Positions 34,167-44,428 of a stretch of DNA of 64,000 bases are shown piece by piece; the stretch's first letter is position 1; each line of letters starts with the position of its first letter. The DNA is from a virus. The translations under genes and the position numbers were made by a program. The notes beneath the pieces were generated by a model, which did not search any database, was not told the DNA's origin, and saw nothing but the letters and a program-made list of their open reading frames with translations. The DNA is taken from the IMG/VR virus record IMGVR_UViG_3300042887_000976, positions 13,673 to 77,672 of that record. The stretch is one strand, 5' to 3'.

Positions 34167-36961
34167 TATGAGTTCCTTAACAAAGCCATACGAACTTCAC
34201 GGTCTAGAAGATGCGCAACATCTTTTGCCATACGTTCTACGTCACCGCTGTAATTATTGCCACCATTTAAATTAATTGTTGGAGCAATACTAACATGAAA
34301 AGTGTTGCCACTATCTCCTTGGACGACTACAGACCCACCACGGGTGGGAGCAGACATTGCCATACCCATGCCTGATACAGGGTCACCCTGTTTGGGGTGT
34401 CCTGAGGTGGCATAACCCGCTTCTTTAACGTACTTAGTGGCTTGTGGGATATTGGTGTTTCCTAATGGGTTACCTGTGTCGTCTTTCCAATGCTCCCAGT
34501 TATTACCGTGCCCAGACAATTTCCAAGCAACTCGTGCATTTGTAGCAGGGTTAAACAGTTCTTCATTCTTTTTAAGGTTATAGTAACCTCTACGAGCAGG
34601 GCCCATAGAACCTTTCATATTAATTTGCATCAAACCATATGAAAGGTCATCGTCATCATCAGCGAATGATTTAGGGTTAAACCTAGATTCTCGGTGCGCA
34701 ATGGCTACTGCCTCTACTAACCGTTTTCCTCTAAAGCCTGCTTTGTACATAATGGCTGCTACTTGACGACCCGTTAGGGGACCTTTGCCACTGTAACTTC
34801 CAACACTAGATGACCCACTAGATGACCCACTACCTGGACTTCCACCACCCAAAGATGCGGCGCTAAGGCTTCCTCCCCCTCCTGCTCCTTGTAAGTCAAG
34901 ACCCATTGCTTCAATAGCCGCACCCATGCTAAGTCCTGCGTATCCTTGGATTTTAATGTCTACTCCCTGTTTACCAGAAGAGCCACCCATGCTACTAACA
35001 CCACCATGCATCATTGTTTCTAGCCCTTTAATAGCCGCATTGGTATCTGTGGGTTCTGCAACTACACCGTTGTGTCCCCAAGGGGCACCCATCTTTTCGT
35101 ACTGAGAGCGAGAGCCAGGAAGTTCAGCAGGTTGTACGTGCCAAGGTTCGTTATTGACATCATGAAATGAACGAAGTCCAAAGTCTTTGGCGTGTTCCTT
35201 TACCCAATCAAATTCTGTTGATGGTGCAAAGTCAACTGCCAAACCAATTTCGTGCATGGACATACCTGGAGGGGCTGCGGCTGCACCACGAACACGTTTC
35301 CAATATTGTCCTTTCCAGAAAACATCTGTTTTTTCTGGAGTTGGCTCATAACGTGATTCAAACAGTTGTTTCTGTTGTTCAGTAGAGCGCACACCACCAC
35401 CAATGTAAAGGCGTGGGTTAGCCTTCATCATTGCTTCTACTTTTTCACGCATTTTTGGGTGAAGTTTTGAAAGTTGACCACTGCTTTTAGCAACGTTTCC
35501 GCCAGTACCACCCTTTTTAGCACCTGGTTCTTTTTCACCTGTAGCGTCACCCAGGAATGCACCCGCAACACCTGCGGCAATACCTAAGGCTGGTCCAACT
35601 CCAGGAATAAAAGATAATGGAAGTGCAGCCCCCTTAAGAGCAGCACCCGCTATCCCAGCGGCTCCACGATTACGTGCTTTAAAGCCCATAGCACTAGAGA
35701 AAGTGTCATCTAGTTTTTGTAATGCACGTGTAAGGGATTGCATTCCCTTTTCCATAGCAGCGTAGTTATCCGCTTGCTTGTCATACATATTTTCTTCACG
35801 ACTTGCTTTTACACGCTCGGTCTCTTCATTTTGGTTAGCATAAGTATCTTCAACGCCAGCAATTTTGCGGTCATACTTATTGGCTGCGTCATACATACCT
35901 CTACCACCCTTCTTCTTAAACGCAATGTTTTCTTTTGCGTATTGAAGGGTAATATCTTGCATTTCTTCGGGGACACCTGATTGACGCAGACGTTCACGAG
36001 TCATTGAACCTTGTGTCATAGCACCTTGAAGAGAACTTTCGGTAGTTAACCCAAGGCGCTGAACAGTCCGTTGCACAACTTCCTTAGCACTGCGCTGTTG
36101 ACCACCAACGCCGTACATACCAGTTCCCATAGTCATAAACATACGGTTGGCTGATTCAGGACCAGCCATAGTTTTTGTCATTTGGTTTACTTGGTCAGTT
36201 GAATAACCATAACCAGAAGCAGCACGTAAAAACTCAACGCTGTTACCTTGTTTGTTAGCGTCAATACCTGTAGAGGCTTCTAAACTTAAAACACTATTAA
36301 TTCCACCAGCACCTAGTTTGTATTGGGTAAGTGGTTTGCGCTTATTATCTCGTACTTCTTGACCACTCATGCCTGTGGTTTGTTGAAGAAGCATGTCCAT
36401 GCGGTTGGCTGATAATGAATAAGCAGCGTTATTATTAATACGGTTGTTCAGTGCAGCACCAATAGCCCCTGCAATTTGCTTGGCAATGTCTGCACCAGTA
36501 GCAGCAGCACCTCCGCCGCCTCCTCTACCGCCTCCTCCGCCCATCATTGTTAAGTTTTGACTACGGTCAGTAGTGATATGGTATGTATTGAACATACCTC
36601 CACCGCCACCGCCACCAAGGAGGCTATCGGTAAGGGTGCCCGCAGGAGCCCCGTTAGGGCTTGCAGGTCCACTAGGGCTTGTAGGTCCGCCTTTACCACC
36701 GCCCATACCATTCATGGCATTGGCAACCTTCTGCATTTTGGCAGCCCATTGCTCAGTTAAAGTAATAACTTTAGGAAGGTCTGTTTTAAACTTGTTAATG
36801 TTTGTATGCAACTTGGTAAGAGCCGCATCAAGTTCTTGTAATGGTTTTAAGTCTGCGGAAAAACGATTGTTGCCACTAGCAGCAGGGTTACCCATACGCT
36901 CGCCAGGACGAACACCACTATCAAGGGTGTCTCTGCTATCTGCTATAGGATTTTCTGCCAT
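34166..36961 (-). CDS. tape measure protein with peptidase M15-like and lytic transglycosylase domains
   Basis: Helical N-half; RS..QQ..SMHEIGLAVDF..EPWHVQ; AIAHRESRFNP..SYGLMQIN..NARVA..W..W. Confidence 0.85.
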   Translation of the reverse strand: MAENPIADSRDTLDSGVRPGERMGNPAASGNNRFSADLKPLQELDAALTKLHTNINKFKTDLPKVITLTEQWAAKMQKVANAMNGMGGGKGGPTSPSGPASPNGAPAGTLTDSLLGGGGGGGMFNTYHITTDRSQNLTMMGGGGGRGGGGGAAATGADIAKQIAGAIGAALNNRINNNAAYSLSANRMDMLLQQTTGMSGQEVRDNKRKPLTQYKLGAGGINSVLSLEASTGIDANKQGNSVEFLRAASGYGYSTDQVNQMTKTMAGPESANRMFMTMGTGMYGVGGQQRSAKEVVQRTVQRLGLTTESSLQGAMTQGSMTRERLRQSGVPEEMQDITLQYAKENIAFKKKGGRGMYDAANKYDRKIAGVEDTYANQNEETERVKASREENMYDKQADNYAAMEKGMQSLTRALQKLDDTFSSAMGFKARNRGAAGIAGAALKGAALPLSFIPGVGPALGIAAGVAGAFLGDATGEKEPGAKKGGTGGNVAKSSGQLSKLHPKMREKVEAMMKANPRLYIGGGVRSTEQQKQLFESRYEPTPEKTDVFWKGQYWKRVRGAAAAPPGMSMHEIGLAVDFAPSTEFDWVKEHAKDFGLRSFHDVNNEPWHVQPAELPGSRSQYEKMGAPWGHNGVVAEPTDTNAAIKGLETMMHGGVSSMGGSSGKQGVDIKIQGYAGLSMGAAIEAMGLDLQGAGGGGSLSAASLGGGSPGSGSSSGSSSVGSYSGKGPLTGRQVAAIMYKAGFRGKRLVEAVAIAHRESRFNPKSFADDDDDLSYGLMQINMKGSMGPARRGYYNLKKNEELFNPATNARVAWKLSGHGNNWEHWKDDTGNPLGNTNIPQATKYVKEAGYATSGHPKQGDPVSGMGMAMSAPTRGGSVVVQGDSGNTFHVSIAPTINLNGGNNYSGDVERMAKDVAHLLDREVRMALLRNS

Positions 36962-36969
36962 AGTTAACC

Positions 36970-37119
36970 TTAGGATTGATTACGCCAACGAGCCATTGAT
37001 TTCCAATAATCTCGCTGACGTACTGTCATATGTTTTAGGTCGTCCAGACCAAACCCTGTATAAACAGAAGCAATCGTTTCGTATTCCCAATAAGTAAGCG
37101 TGAGGTTAACTGAATAAAA
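36970..37119 (-). CDS. tail assembly chaperone C-terminal segment (probable frameshift product)
   Basis: YWEYETIASVYTGFGLDDLKHMTVRQRDYW resembles gp51/gpT-like segments; no convincing start or RBS of its own. Confidence 0.6.
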   Translation of the reverse strand, partial: FYSVNLTLTYWEYETIASVYTGFGLDDLKHMTVRQRDYWKSMARWRNQS

Positions 37120-37900
37120 GTGAGACCCAGTCCATGATGATGAGGAGTTCTTCACTGCACTTAGCGCACTGAGTCTTCACCTCCTCCATCTTTGGCCCAG
37201 GAGGGTTGTTGGTGAGCGCTCGTACCAACTTGCTGCGGTCACTTACACCAAGGTGTTTTGCCCATTGTTCCGTATTTGTAGGTTGGTTATCGTCCCATTC
37301 GGAACAACGAGCCAACATCATTGTGTTCTGTTCAGCAGTTGTCTTAGCCTTTTTTGCTACATGTGAACTATCTGCGCCAGTTGGGTAACGTAGTTTAACG
37401 ATAGAACCATCACGCAATTCAACTTCTATTGGAAGTGTGAAATCTTTTTCTGGAAACTCAAATGAAAAATCTTCATCAAGGTTTAGTGTTACAAAGTTAG
37501 TTTCTCCGCAGTTTCCACAAGACACTTCCATTTCACGGAAACGACCGTAGGTTGCTTTCATAGCACCAATAAACAAAAGGTCTCGGTCACCAATCATCAG
37601 TTGGTCAATTAGTCCTTGATTTTTTGCAATGGGTACATCCCCAATAGTTACAACTGCTCGTTTAAGTAAAGCACTCATATAATCACTATAAACCATGTCG
37701 GATTTTGTAGTTAAAGAAACAATGGCTTCTTCATCTTCTCCGTTTAACTCACGAATAATTGCATTTTGCAACCACTCGTCTTCATGTTTTATTCCACGCA
37801 TTAGTTTTACAGACGCTGGAGGCGCTGAACCCATACGTGGGGCTGAATCTTTAATTGCTTCGTTAGCGGCTGATACCACTGATTCTGAAATATTTGACAT
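37106..37900 (-). CDS. tail/baseplate assembly chaperone (T4 gp26-like)
   Basis: IRELNGEDEE, GDRD.L, CGNCG, LRYPTG, CAKC; lies between tube and tape measure. Confidence 0.75.
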   Translation of the reverse strand: MSNISESVVSAANEAIKDSAPRMGSAPPASVKLMRGIKHEDEWLQNAIIRELNGEDEEAIVSLTTKSDMVYSDYMSALLKRAVVTIGDVPIAKNQGLIDQLMIGDRDLLFIGAMKATYGRFREMEVSCGNCGETNFVTLNLDEDFSFEFPEKDFTLPIEVELRDGSIVKLRYPTGADSSHVAKKAKTTAEQNTMMLARCSEWDDNQPTNTEQWAKHLGVSDRSKLVRALTNNPPGPKMEEVKTQCAKCSEELLIIMDWVSLLFS

Positions 37901-37924
37901 TTTATTCTCCTATTTGTTAATTTT

Positions 37925-38584
37925 TTAGACTTGTGCGTCTAGTGCTGCAATTTCTGCATCTGTCCACGCAAGCATAAAACCTTCGTGAACCAAACTTAGT
38001 TCATGCACCATAATCTCGCTACCACTTGCATTAAGACCACTCATTGTGAATGATGCAGGCCATGCATTGAAAATTTTGATACCAAGTTTTTTCTTGCCAT
38101 TTTGTGTTGTAGTACTATTACCAACATTGTCAGTGTATGAAGCATTAGAGTGTGGGTGGTCGTATACCCATACAACAACGTCACAACGATAATCAGAACC
38201 ACCTGTAGAACCAGGAGCACCTGACTGCCAGTTGTGGATAAAGCGTTGCCATTTCCACAATTGGTCTTGTTTTTCAATAACACCACGTTGGAATGAAATA
38301 GGTGCAAAGTCAGTCTGACCAACCATCTTGTGTGGGTGGGTGTTCATTCCACCTTCACGGTATTGAATAACTTCGTTAGTTACAGCCAAACCACTCATAG
38401 CGGCAAAGCCAAGGTTTTCTAAACCAACAGCAAATTTTGCAAGACTGTTGTCAGCAGAACCAGGAGCACCTGGGGCGACTGTTCCAGGTGTGTTTGGTGA
38501 ATCACTTGATGCTGTGGTTGTTGGTACTAGAAATTGTACTTCAAACTTAAATGAGCGGATTGGGTCTGTGCGTGTAGTAGGCAT
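37925..38584 (-). CDS. tail tube protein (T4 gp19-like)
   Basis: DPIRSFKF, GF..MSGL, YREGG, RGV, NAWP, L.HEG. Confidence 0.9.
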   Translation of the reverse strand: MPTTRTDPIRSFKFEVQFLVPTTTASSDSPNTPGTVAPGAPGSADNSLAKFAVGLENLGFAAMSGLAVTNEVIQYREGGMNTHPHKMVGQTDFAPISFQRGVIEKQDQLWKWQRFIHNWQSGAPGSTGGSDYRCDVVVWVYDHPHSNASYTDNVGNSTTTQNGKKKLGIKIFNAWPASFTMSGLNASGSEIMVHELSLVHEGFMLAWTDAEIAALDAQV

Positions 38585-38593
38585 AATTACTCC

Positions 38594-40129
38594 TTAGAGT
38601 GTCTCGGTAACGGTGCTTCCACCGCTGAATTGGCTTACGTTAATAACAATAAATTCAGCAGGAGTTTGCAAAGCAACACCCACTTCAACATTTACTTCTC
38701 CTGAATCAATTGTAATGCTTGTGTTGTTTGTTTCATTACAGGTAACATAAAATGCTTCAGAAGCATTATTACCTTTAAGAGCACCAGAAGAATATAAACC
38801 ACTCAACATTTTAGCAATGTTTCCAGAGATGCTAGTCCACAAGCGAGGACCATTTGGTTGGAACAATGCTGGCTTTGTAAGTTCTTCAACTTGGGCTTTA
38901 ACGTAGTTAAGAGTACGGCGGCTAGGGATGTACTTTGTATTGTCTGTTTTAATAAGGGTACGGGCACCATTAACAATAACTCCTGCACCAGGAACGTTCT
39001 TAAGCGTGTTTACATGGTTGTTATATAAAGTACCAATAGTACTCTCATTGAAGTTAACTGTAGTGCCAAAAGTATTTGCTAACGAGTAAGCGTAACCAGC
39101 AGGTGCACGACCAACCCCACGTTCTGCGTCAACACGTTGGTACAAACCAAGAATTGCGCCACCTGGGTAGGTGTCACGAAGTGCGGCTGCTCCACGAACA
39201 GCAGGGTTACTCATAGAAAGTGTTGGGTAATACACAGCAGCGTAAGAGGTACCTGAACCATAACCTTGGATACGGGTGTTAATGTCTGCGGCTGTTGTGA
39301 GTGTCTTGTCTGGGTCAATGACTAAGAAAGAATTCTTACGGGAACCTTCAACGGCTCCATCAACATAACTAATAGCGTTAGTAATAATAGATGTAGAACT
39401 TTGTCCTACAAGGTTAATTGTTAATTGACCTTCAACATTATCCAACAAGCGCAAAGTACGTGCCCAGTCAGCATCTGTAATAACACTTCCATCTGCTCCT
39501 GCTGTAAAAGCCTGGTTAGAAGCGTTGCTAACTGTGTAGGCTGTCCCCGCTGCAAAAGCGGCTGAGGCAGCAGCATTGTACATAACATCATACGCTTGGA
39601 CATAAGAAGAGTAATTGTTTAAAACTGCTGCAATATAACGAGAGTTATCAGGGTTAAGACTTAACTCTGACCAACTTTCTACTTCAGACCCACCGTAACT
39701 AATAACCAAATTAAAAGTAGGAGTAGTTCCTGTAATGTTTCCTGCGCTTACTGTTGCAGTGATTGCATTACCCCAAATTCCTGGGTTAGGAGCCCTAAGT
39801 TTAAATACTGTTTGAGCACTACTATTTGCAGTACCAGTAAAAGTACTTGAGGAAACAGCAGTTGTGCTTGCACCAGAAGTAACACGAGTTACATAAGCAC
39901 TACGTCCACCATTTGAAAAGAAATGATAAAGGGCATAACCCATTTCGTAGTTTGCTGTTAAATCACCAAATTGGTTTTTGTATGAAGCCCATGATTGTAC
40001 AAGTGCTGGTGTAGAAGGACCACGTTCAGCGGTTCCTACAAAAGCAGCAGCAACCGTAGCGGGGCTACTGGTTACATTAGTTGTAAATGGTCCTTCGGTA
40101 ACGTAAATACCTGGGCGTGAATATGTCAT
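38594..40129 (-). CDS. tail sheath protein
   Basis: RPGIYV.E, AAFVG.A.RGP, PG.WGN, APAG, GARTL, FQPN, PAEFIVI. Confidence 0.95.
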   Translation of the reverse strand: MTYSRPGIYVTEGPFTTNVTSSPATVAAAFVGTAERGPSTPALVQSWASYKNQFGDLTANYEMGYALYHFFSNGGRSAYVTRVTSGASTTAVSSSTFTGTANSSAQTVFKLRAPNPGIWGNAITATVSAGNITGTTPTFNLVISYGGSEVESWSELSLNPDNSRYIAAVLNNYSSYVQAYDVMYNAAASAAFAAGTAYTVSNASNQAFTAGADGSVITDADWARTLRLLDNVEGQLTINLVGQSSTSIITNAISYVDGAVEGSRKNSFLVIDPDKTLTTAADINTRIQGYGSGTSYAAVYYPTLSMSNPAVRGAAALRDTYPGGAILGLYQRVDAERGVGRAPAGYAYSLANTFGTTVNFNESTIGTLYNNHVNTLKNVPGAGVIVNGARTLIKTDNTKYIPSRRTLNYVKAQVEELTKPALFQPNGPRLWTSISGNIAKMLSGLYSSGALKGNNASEAFYVTCNETNNTSITIDSGEVNVEVGVALQTPAEFIVINVSQFSGGSTVTETL

Positions 40130-40168
40130 TTCTTCTCCTAGATGGGGTAGATGGTATGAAGTCTTTTA

Positions 40169-40846
40169 TTAATTCGTATAGTCAATATTAGCGACTATCT
40201 CGGTGGTCTGCTGGGTGCCATATATATCAGTTGAAGGCAGTTCTGCCGACATCTGCAACGTATAAACCTTGCGGAAAATGCGCTTACGGTAACCCGCTTC
40301 GGGGTCCAATAAGTCAGCAGTTGACCAGTCAAGGAGTTCTAATCTGCGGTCAGTGTTGTCCGCATCAATGTGAATGGAACCCCTTCGGAAGGGGAAAACC
40401 TTAGTAAGCATGTTTGCTGACAACTGACGGTCATGAAGGGCGCTACGGGTAAAAGTAGACACTTGATACAGAAGGTCAACAGGAACAAATTCATTACTTA
40501 CAAGAACTTGAAAATCATTTTTATTATCTAAATAACCAAAATCAGGGGAGTTGCTAGGCCAGTAATTCATGGCATTTGGCATAACCGAAGCACCTGTTGG
40601 GGCAGATGCTCCCCCAGCGGTGTTGTAATAGTAGATAGGAAGTTCTGAATGCTGGCGGTTTTTAGCATGGACAATGTCAAGCATTTCAATAGTGACAAAA
40701 GGGTATTCACGTTCAGTTTCAGCATCAGGGTATCTAAAGAACACCTGTACTGGGCGAGTGTTATTACGGTCATCTGTAACAGTAAGACCCGTTAAACGCT
40801 TTTTAATAGCCTCATCTTCGGCAAGTAGAAACCCTGTACGTGTCAT
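40169..40846 (-). CDS. tail completion / terminator-like protein
   Basis: Position before sheath; YPFVTI, PVDL.YQV. Confidence 0.6.
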   Translation of the reverse strand: MTRTGFLLAEDEAIKKRLTGLTVTDDRNNTRPVQVFFRYPDAETEREYPFVTIEMLDIVHAKNRQHSELPIYYYNTAGGASAPTGASVMPNAMNYWPSNSPDFGYLDNKNDFQVLVSNEFVPVDLLYQVSTFTRSALHDRQLSANMLTKVFPFRRGSIHIDADNTDRRLELLDWSTADLLDPEAGYRKRIFRKVYTLQMSAELPSTDIYGTQQTTEIVANIDYTN

Positions 40847-41268
40847 TAGTAACCACCACTTAGGAGTTCATAAGCCTTATCAGTGACTTGTGAGCCAAAG
40901 TTCTCTTTGCTTGCATGGGCAGATGAGCGTAGTAAAGGTGCTGGTGGTCTGTCTCCGTCACCAAACTCCAAAGATAACGCTTTATTGTTTTCTTTTACGT
41001 CCTCAGTAGCAACAGAATACTTAAGCATACGCTCTTCAGGAGAGTATTGAACTTGAATTTTGTCTGCCAAAGGAGCCCAACCTGTGTCTGATTGGCGGGC
41101 TTTATCCCTAATCATGGCTTGTTCAGCGGTAGATACATGGTCAATAGCGGTGCTTATAGCGGCATGATAGTTATTAATAACTTGCTCAAAGTGGCCTACA
41201 AATGCAAACATGCCCGACAAAAGGGGTGCAGAACTGTCGTTAAGTTGTGTTGAAGAAGAGCCTGTCAT
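40846..41268 (-). CDS. neck-region hypothetical protein
   Basis: LEFG...PP.PLLR motif; position. Confidence 0.55.
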   Translation of the reverse strand: MTGSSSTQLNDSSAPLLSGMFAFVGHFEQVINNYHAAISTAIDHVSTAEQAMIRDKARQSDTGWAPLADKIQVQYSPEERMLKYSVATEDVKENNKALSLEFGDGDRPPAPLLRSSAHASKENFGSQVTDKAYELLSGGY

Positions 41269-41336
41269 GGCTTGGTCCTTACGCAGTTCTAGGCAAATGT
41301 AGCACCTTGACGCTCATCAAGGATAGTACAAGTTTA

Positions 41337-41873
41337 TCAGATGGTAGGTAGTTTTGTGGGCCAAGGATAGTTCTTAACCGCATATGCTGTAGGACCTGGG
41401 TCAAAGGGCATTTCTTGGTTAAGATACACCTCTAGCCCTTCCACAACTACCAAAATGTCATCCCGAAGACGACCACGTACACGATAGGACATTACAGAAA
41501 AGTACCTACCATCATACAAAAACATGTCATTAAGGTGTTGTTTGTACTCAAAAACAGTTTCAATTCCTGCATCTCGGAAGTCTGAAACAGAAGCCACTAG
41601 GTTAACAATTTCTACGGGTTGGCGACCCTCAGGGATTGCACGCTTAGTATCTTCAGATTCTGTAATCATTAAAATAGGCACTGTAATTCCTGTTTTAAAA
41701 GATTTACCACCGCCACCTATTGCTCCCTCGTCATACACATCATCGTAGTAGGAGCCTGCACTAGCAGCATTTGCTAAAGGAGAGTGTTCGTACCAAACGA
41801 CACTTTCACCAGCATAGGATTGGTAACTGCGGTACTGCTTGCGAATGTTGTTCGCTTCTGAACGTAGGTCCAT
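41337..41873 (-). CDS. head closure / head-tail joining protein
   Basis: Beta-rich; DDVYDEG, D.F.YDGRYF; position. Confidence 0.6.
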   Translation of the reverse strand: MDLRSEANNIRKQYRSYQSYAGESVVWYEHSPLANAASAGSYYDDVYDEGAIGGGGKSFKTGITVPILMITESEDTKRAIPEGRQPVEIVNLVASVSDFRDAGIETVFEYKQHLNDMFLYDGRYFSVMSYRVRGRLRDDILVVVEGLEVYLNQEMPFDPGPTAYAVKNYPWPTKLPTI

Positions 41874-42673
41874 TAGAAGTAGGCGTTGCTCGTATAACTA
41901 GCAGGAGGCTCTGTATCAATAAAGACATCTTCCCGCAATGGCTCATCCTTTTCAGTAATAAGAATTTGACCCTCTGAGTCTTCAGTAAAGATGCGCTCCA
42001 TTGGTCCGTACTCCCCAAGTTCTTTGGCTTTGTAAAGTGGTACAAGACGGTTAGTTGTGCGAGAAACACGGCGAAGGCTGAACTGCTCAATGCGCTCAGG
42101 ACCAATGTTAAGGTTATTGGCACGCTTACGGTACTCAAGTTCCCACTGTTGACAAAGGCTCTGGAGCATGCGGAAACGCTGAGAACCAGGTATATGAATG
42201 GACTCAGAAGTCATGACATCAATGTCACGAGCATATTCTGTCATAAGAGCCTGTAGGGCTTCTACAAGGGCACCAATGCCAATGACATCCAAGACTGCTG
42301 GATTAGCCTGTTCTAAGGGAACATTGATAGTTGGTTTATGGTAATTAATTGAATGTTTTGCGTAAAACTCAAGGTCGGCAGGTAACATCCACTCGTAATA
42401 ATAACCTTCAATAATAATTTTACTGTTGGCAGCAGGGGTATCAGCCAACCTCACAATACCATTTCGGGCATCTATTGAGTAGTTAGTAGACGTAAGTGGT
42501 GTAACACTTGCACCAACAATGTTTGCAACCCAAATAGTGTTGGTGTCAATGTTAGGTTGTCCTAACTCAAATGTACGCCCAACAGCGTCAAAGTTAACTT
42601 GAAAGAACTTAGGAAAATCACGCAAATAGTTTCGTGCTACTTCTACAACATATTGAAGGGGTGTCTGCGCCAT
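41873..42673 (-). CDS. head-tail adaptor / neck protein
   Basis: IP.SQRF, LRRVSRTTNRLVP; follows capsid genes. Confidence 0.6.
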   Translation of the reverse strand: MAQTPLQYVVEVARNYLRDFPKFFQVNFDAVGRTFELGQPNIDTNTIWVANIVGASVTPLTSTNYSIDARNGIVRLADTPAANSKIIIEGYYYEWMLPADLEFYAKHSINYHKPTINVPLEQANPAVLDVIGIGALVEALQALMTEYARDIDVMTSESIHIPGSQRFRMLQSLCQQWELEYRKRANNLNIGPERIEQFSLRRVSRTTNRLVPLYKAKELGEYGPMERIFTEDSEGQILITEKDEPLREDVFIDTEPPASYTSNAYF

Positions 42674-42822
42674 TATTGGTCTCCTGAGCCCTTTCCAGGG
42701 ATAGTGTCACTAGACGGTTCATTCATCTGTGGTTGTTGTTCACGAAACCTATGAGCGGTAACACTACGAATTTTTGTAATGTCCGCAACCGTTCCCGTGG
42801 GGTTTGGGATTGGTCGTTCCAT
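42673..42822 (-). CDS. small hypothetical protein (49 aa, not in ORF track)
   Basis: MERPIPNPTG...; TAATG overlaps at both ends. Confidence 0.55.
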   Translation of the reverse strand: MERPIPNPTGTVADITKIRSVTAHRFREQQPQMNEPSSDTIPGKGSGDQ

Positions 42823-44420
42823 TACTGGGCCTCTAAGGTATCAATACGTGCGGTTAAACTTGCTATAGCAGTTTCTTGTTGTTTAATAACACCTAGAAGT
42901 TCTACAGCAAGCATTGTGTAGTTAATTGCTTCTGGTTGGTTATTTTTGTCGTAATGAACAAGATGATTTAGACCAGCATCATGCATATCTTCAGCAATTA
43001 AGCCAAACTGATTAAAACGAGTATCTTGTGAATCTTCTTCAATATACTCTGCTTTGTAATCAAAAGTCACTGGATTAATATTTAAAATTCTTTTTGTTAA
43101 ATCGGTGTAATCAACAATATTTTCTTTAACCTTACGGCTAGATGCTGATGTACCTAAAGTTAGGTTAGAACTAACAAGGACAGTACGACCTGAAACTGCC
43201 TGACTATAAACATCACTTGAGTTTATAACACGGAGGCAATTCAAGCCAAGGTAAGTATAAGAACCACCTGCTCTAAAATGTGAGCCCGATGAAGTATCGG
43301 TGGCTAAAAATTGACTAGCCTCAACTCCCGCAGCACTGCCAGTTCCCCAATAGTTACCAGATTGCATAGACCAATAAAAGTTAGTACCTGAATCGTACAG
43401 ATAACCAGCGTAATTAGAGTACCCAGCAGCCGCAGCAGTCTGAGCAGAATTAACATTAAAGTTAGAAGGGTTCCAGACATAATGGTTAGAACCATCATTG
43501 CTACCCCAAAGCCATGTAGGTTGACCACCTTGACCAGACCAGTTGAAAGTCATGGCAGTACCATTACCTCCACCTTGTGACAAAGTAGACGCTTTAGCGG
43601 CTAAAGTAGCGTTTGTAGCCGTAGCAGCGTTACCAGTAGTGCTTCCTGAACTGCCTGTGACATTTCCTGTGACATTTCCTGTGACATTTCCTGCAAGGTT
43701 TGCGGTAATAGTGCCAGCAGAGAAGTTTCCTGAGGCATCACGTAGCACAAGGTTATTTGCAGTATTGGTACTAGATATTGCAGTGTACTTAGCAAGGTTT
43801 TCCCAAGCGCCTGCGACTTTAAGCCATACACTAGATTTACCAAATGCAGCATTTGCTGTGGTAATCCAGATGTCACCGTTAGCGGCTTTAGCGCCATCAC
43901 TGTTAGCAGCAAGGGTAGGTTCATTTGCATTAATCCAAGTAGTGTTACTTGAAATAAAGAAACGTTTATCTACAATGTTGGGTGTATCAATGTACCCAGC
44001 AGAACCTGAGCCTGAGCGATAAATAGCAGCAAGAACAATGTCACCATCAACAAGGGAAGGAAATTCTGGGTTAGTGCTACTAGATGTACCTTTACGAAAC
44101 TTAGGTATTAGTGGAGTTTCTTTAGGAATGACTACAAGGTCAAAACGCTTGTTTGCATCACCACCGTCTAATACAAGTGTAAAAATTTCGTGGTTGTGGT
44201 AATAGGTACCATCAATGCGCACTTTGTACGGAGCAATATTAACAGAGTTACTAGTTGTTGAGGTCTTAGTAACAACACCGTTAGTTGCATAGTTGGTGGG
44301 GTCAAATACCACACCATTGGATGAGTTTCCAAGAATTTGGAAATCTACACTGTCGGGCTCTGCCTGGTCGCCAACCCCAGTAGCAACTGCATTGGTGTAG
44401 TTGGGAATGGTAAAGCCCAT
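42822..44420 (-). CDS. fibre protein with C-terminal intramolecular chaperone (peptidase S74-like)
   Basis: SSRKVKENI..PVTFDY..GLIAED..INY..L..IKQQ..coiled coil; GNVT repeats. Confidence 0.8.
   Translation of the reverse strand: MGFTIPNYTNAVATGVGDQAEPDSVDFQILGNSSNGVVFDPTNYATNGVVTKTSTTSNSVNIAPYKVRIDGTYYHNHEIFTLVLDGGDANKRFDLVVIPKETPLIPKFRKGTSSSTNPEFPSLVDGDIVLAAIYRSGSGSAGYIDTPNIVDKRFFISSNTTWINANEPTLAANSDGAKAANGDIWITTANAAFGKSSVWLKVAGAWENLAKYTAISSTNTANNLVLRDASGNFSAGTITANLAGNVTGNVTGNVTGSSGSTTGNAATATNATLAAKASTLSQGGGNGTAMTFNWSGQGGQPTWLWGSNDGSNHYVWNPSNFNVNSAQTAAAAGYSNYAGYLYDSGTNFYWSMQSGNYWGTGSAAGVEASQFLATDTSSGSHFRAGGSYTYLGLNCLRVINSSDVYSQAVSGRTVLVSSNLTLGTSASSRKVKENIVDYTDLTKRILNINPVTFDYKAEYIEEDSQDTRFNQFGLIAEDMHDAGLNHLVHYDKNNQPEAINYTMLAVELLGVIKQQETAIASLTARIDTLEAQ
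43654..43693. repeat. 12-bp tandem repeat x3 encoding GNVT
   Basis: cctgtgacattt three times. Confidence 0.85.
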
Positions 44421-44428
44421 TAATTACC

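Noticed and set aside
41270-41336. Intergenic CCTTGA-N6-TCAAGG inverted repeat with a UGAUGA string, considered as a hammerhead-type ribozyme
   Set aside because: It lacks the CUGAnGA and GAAA core arrangement. It abuts a TACTAT -10 box and is at most an operator or small leader hairpin.
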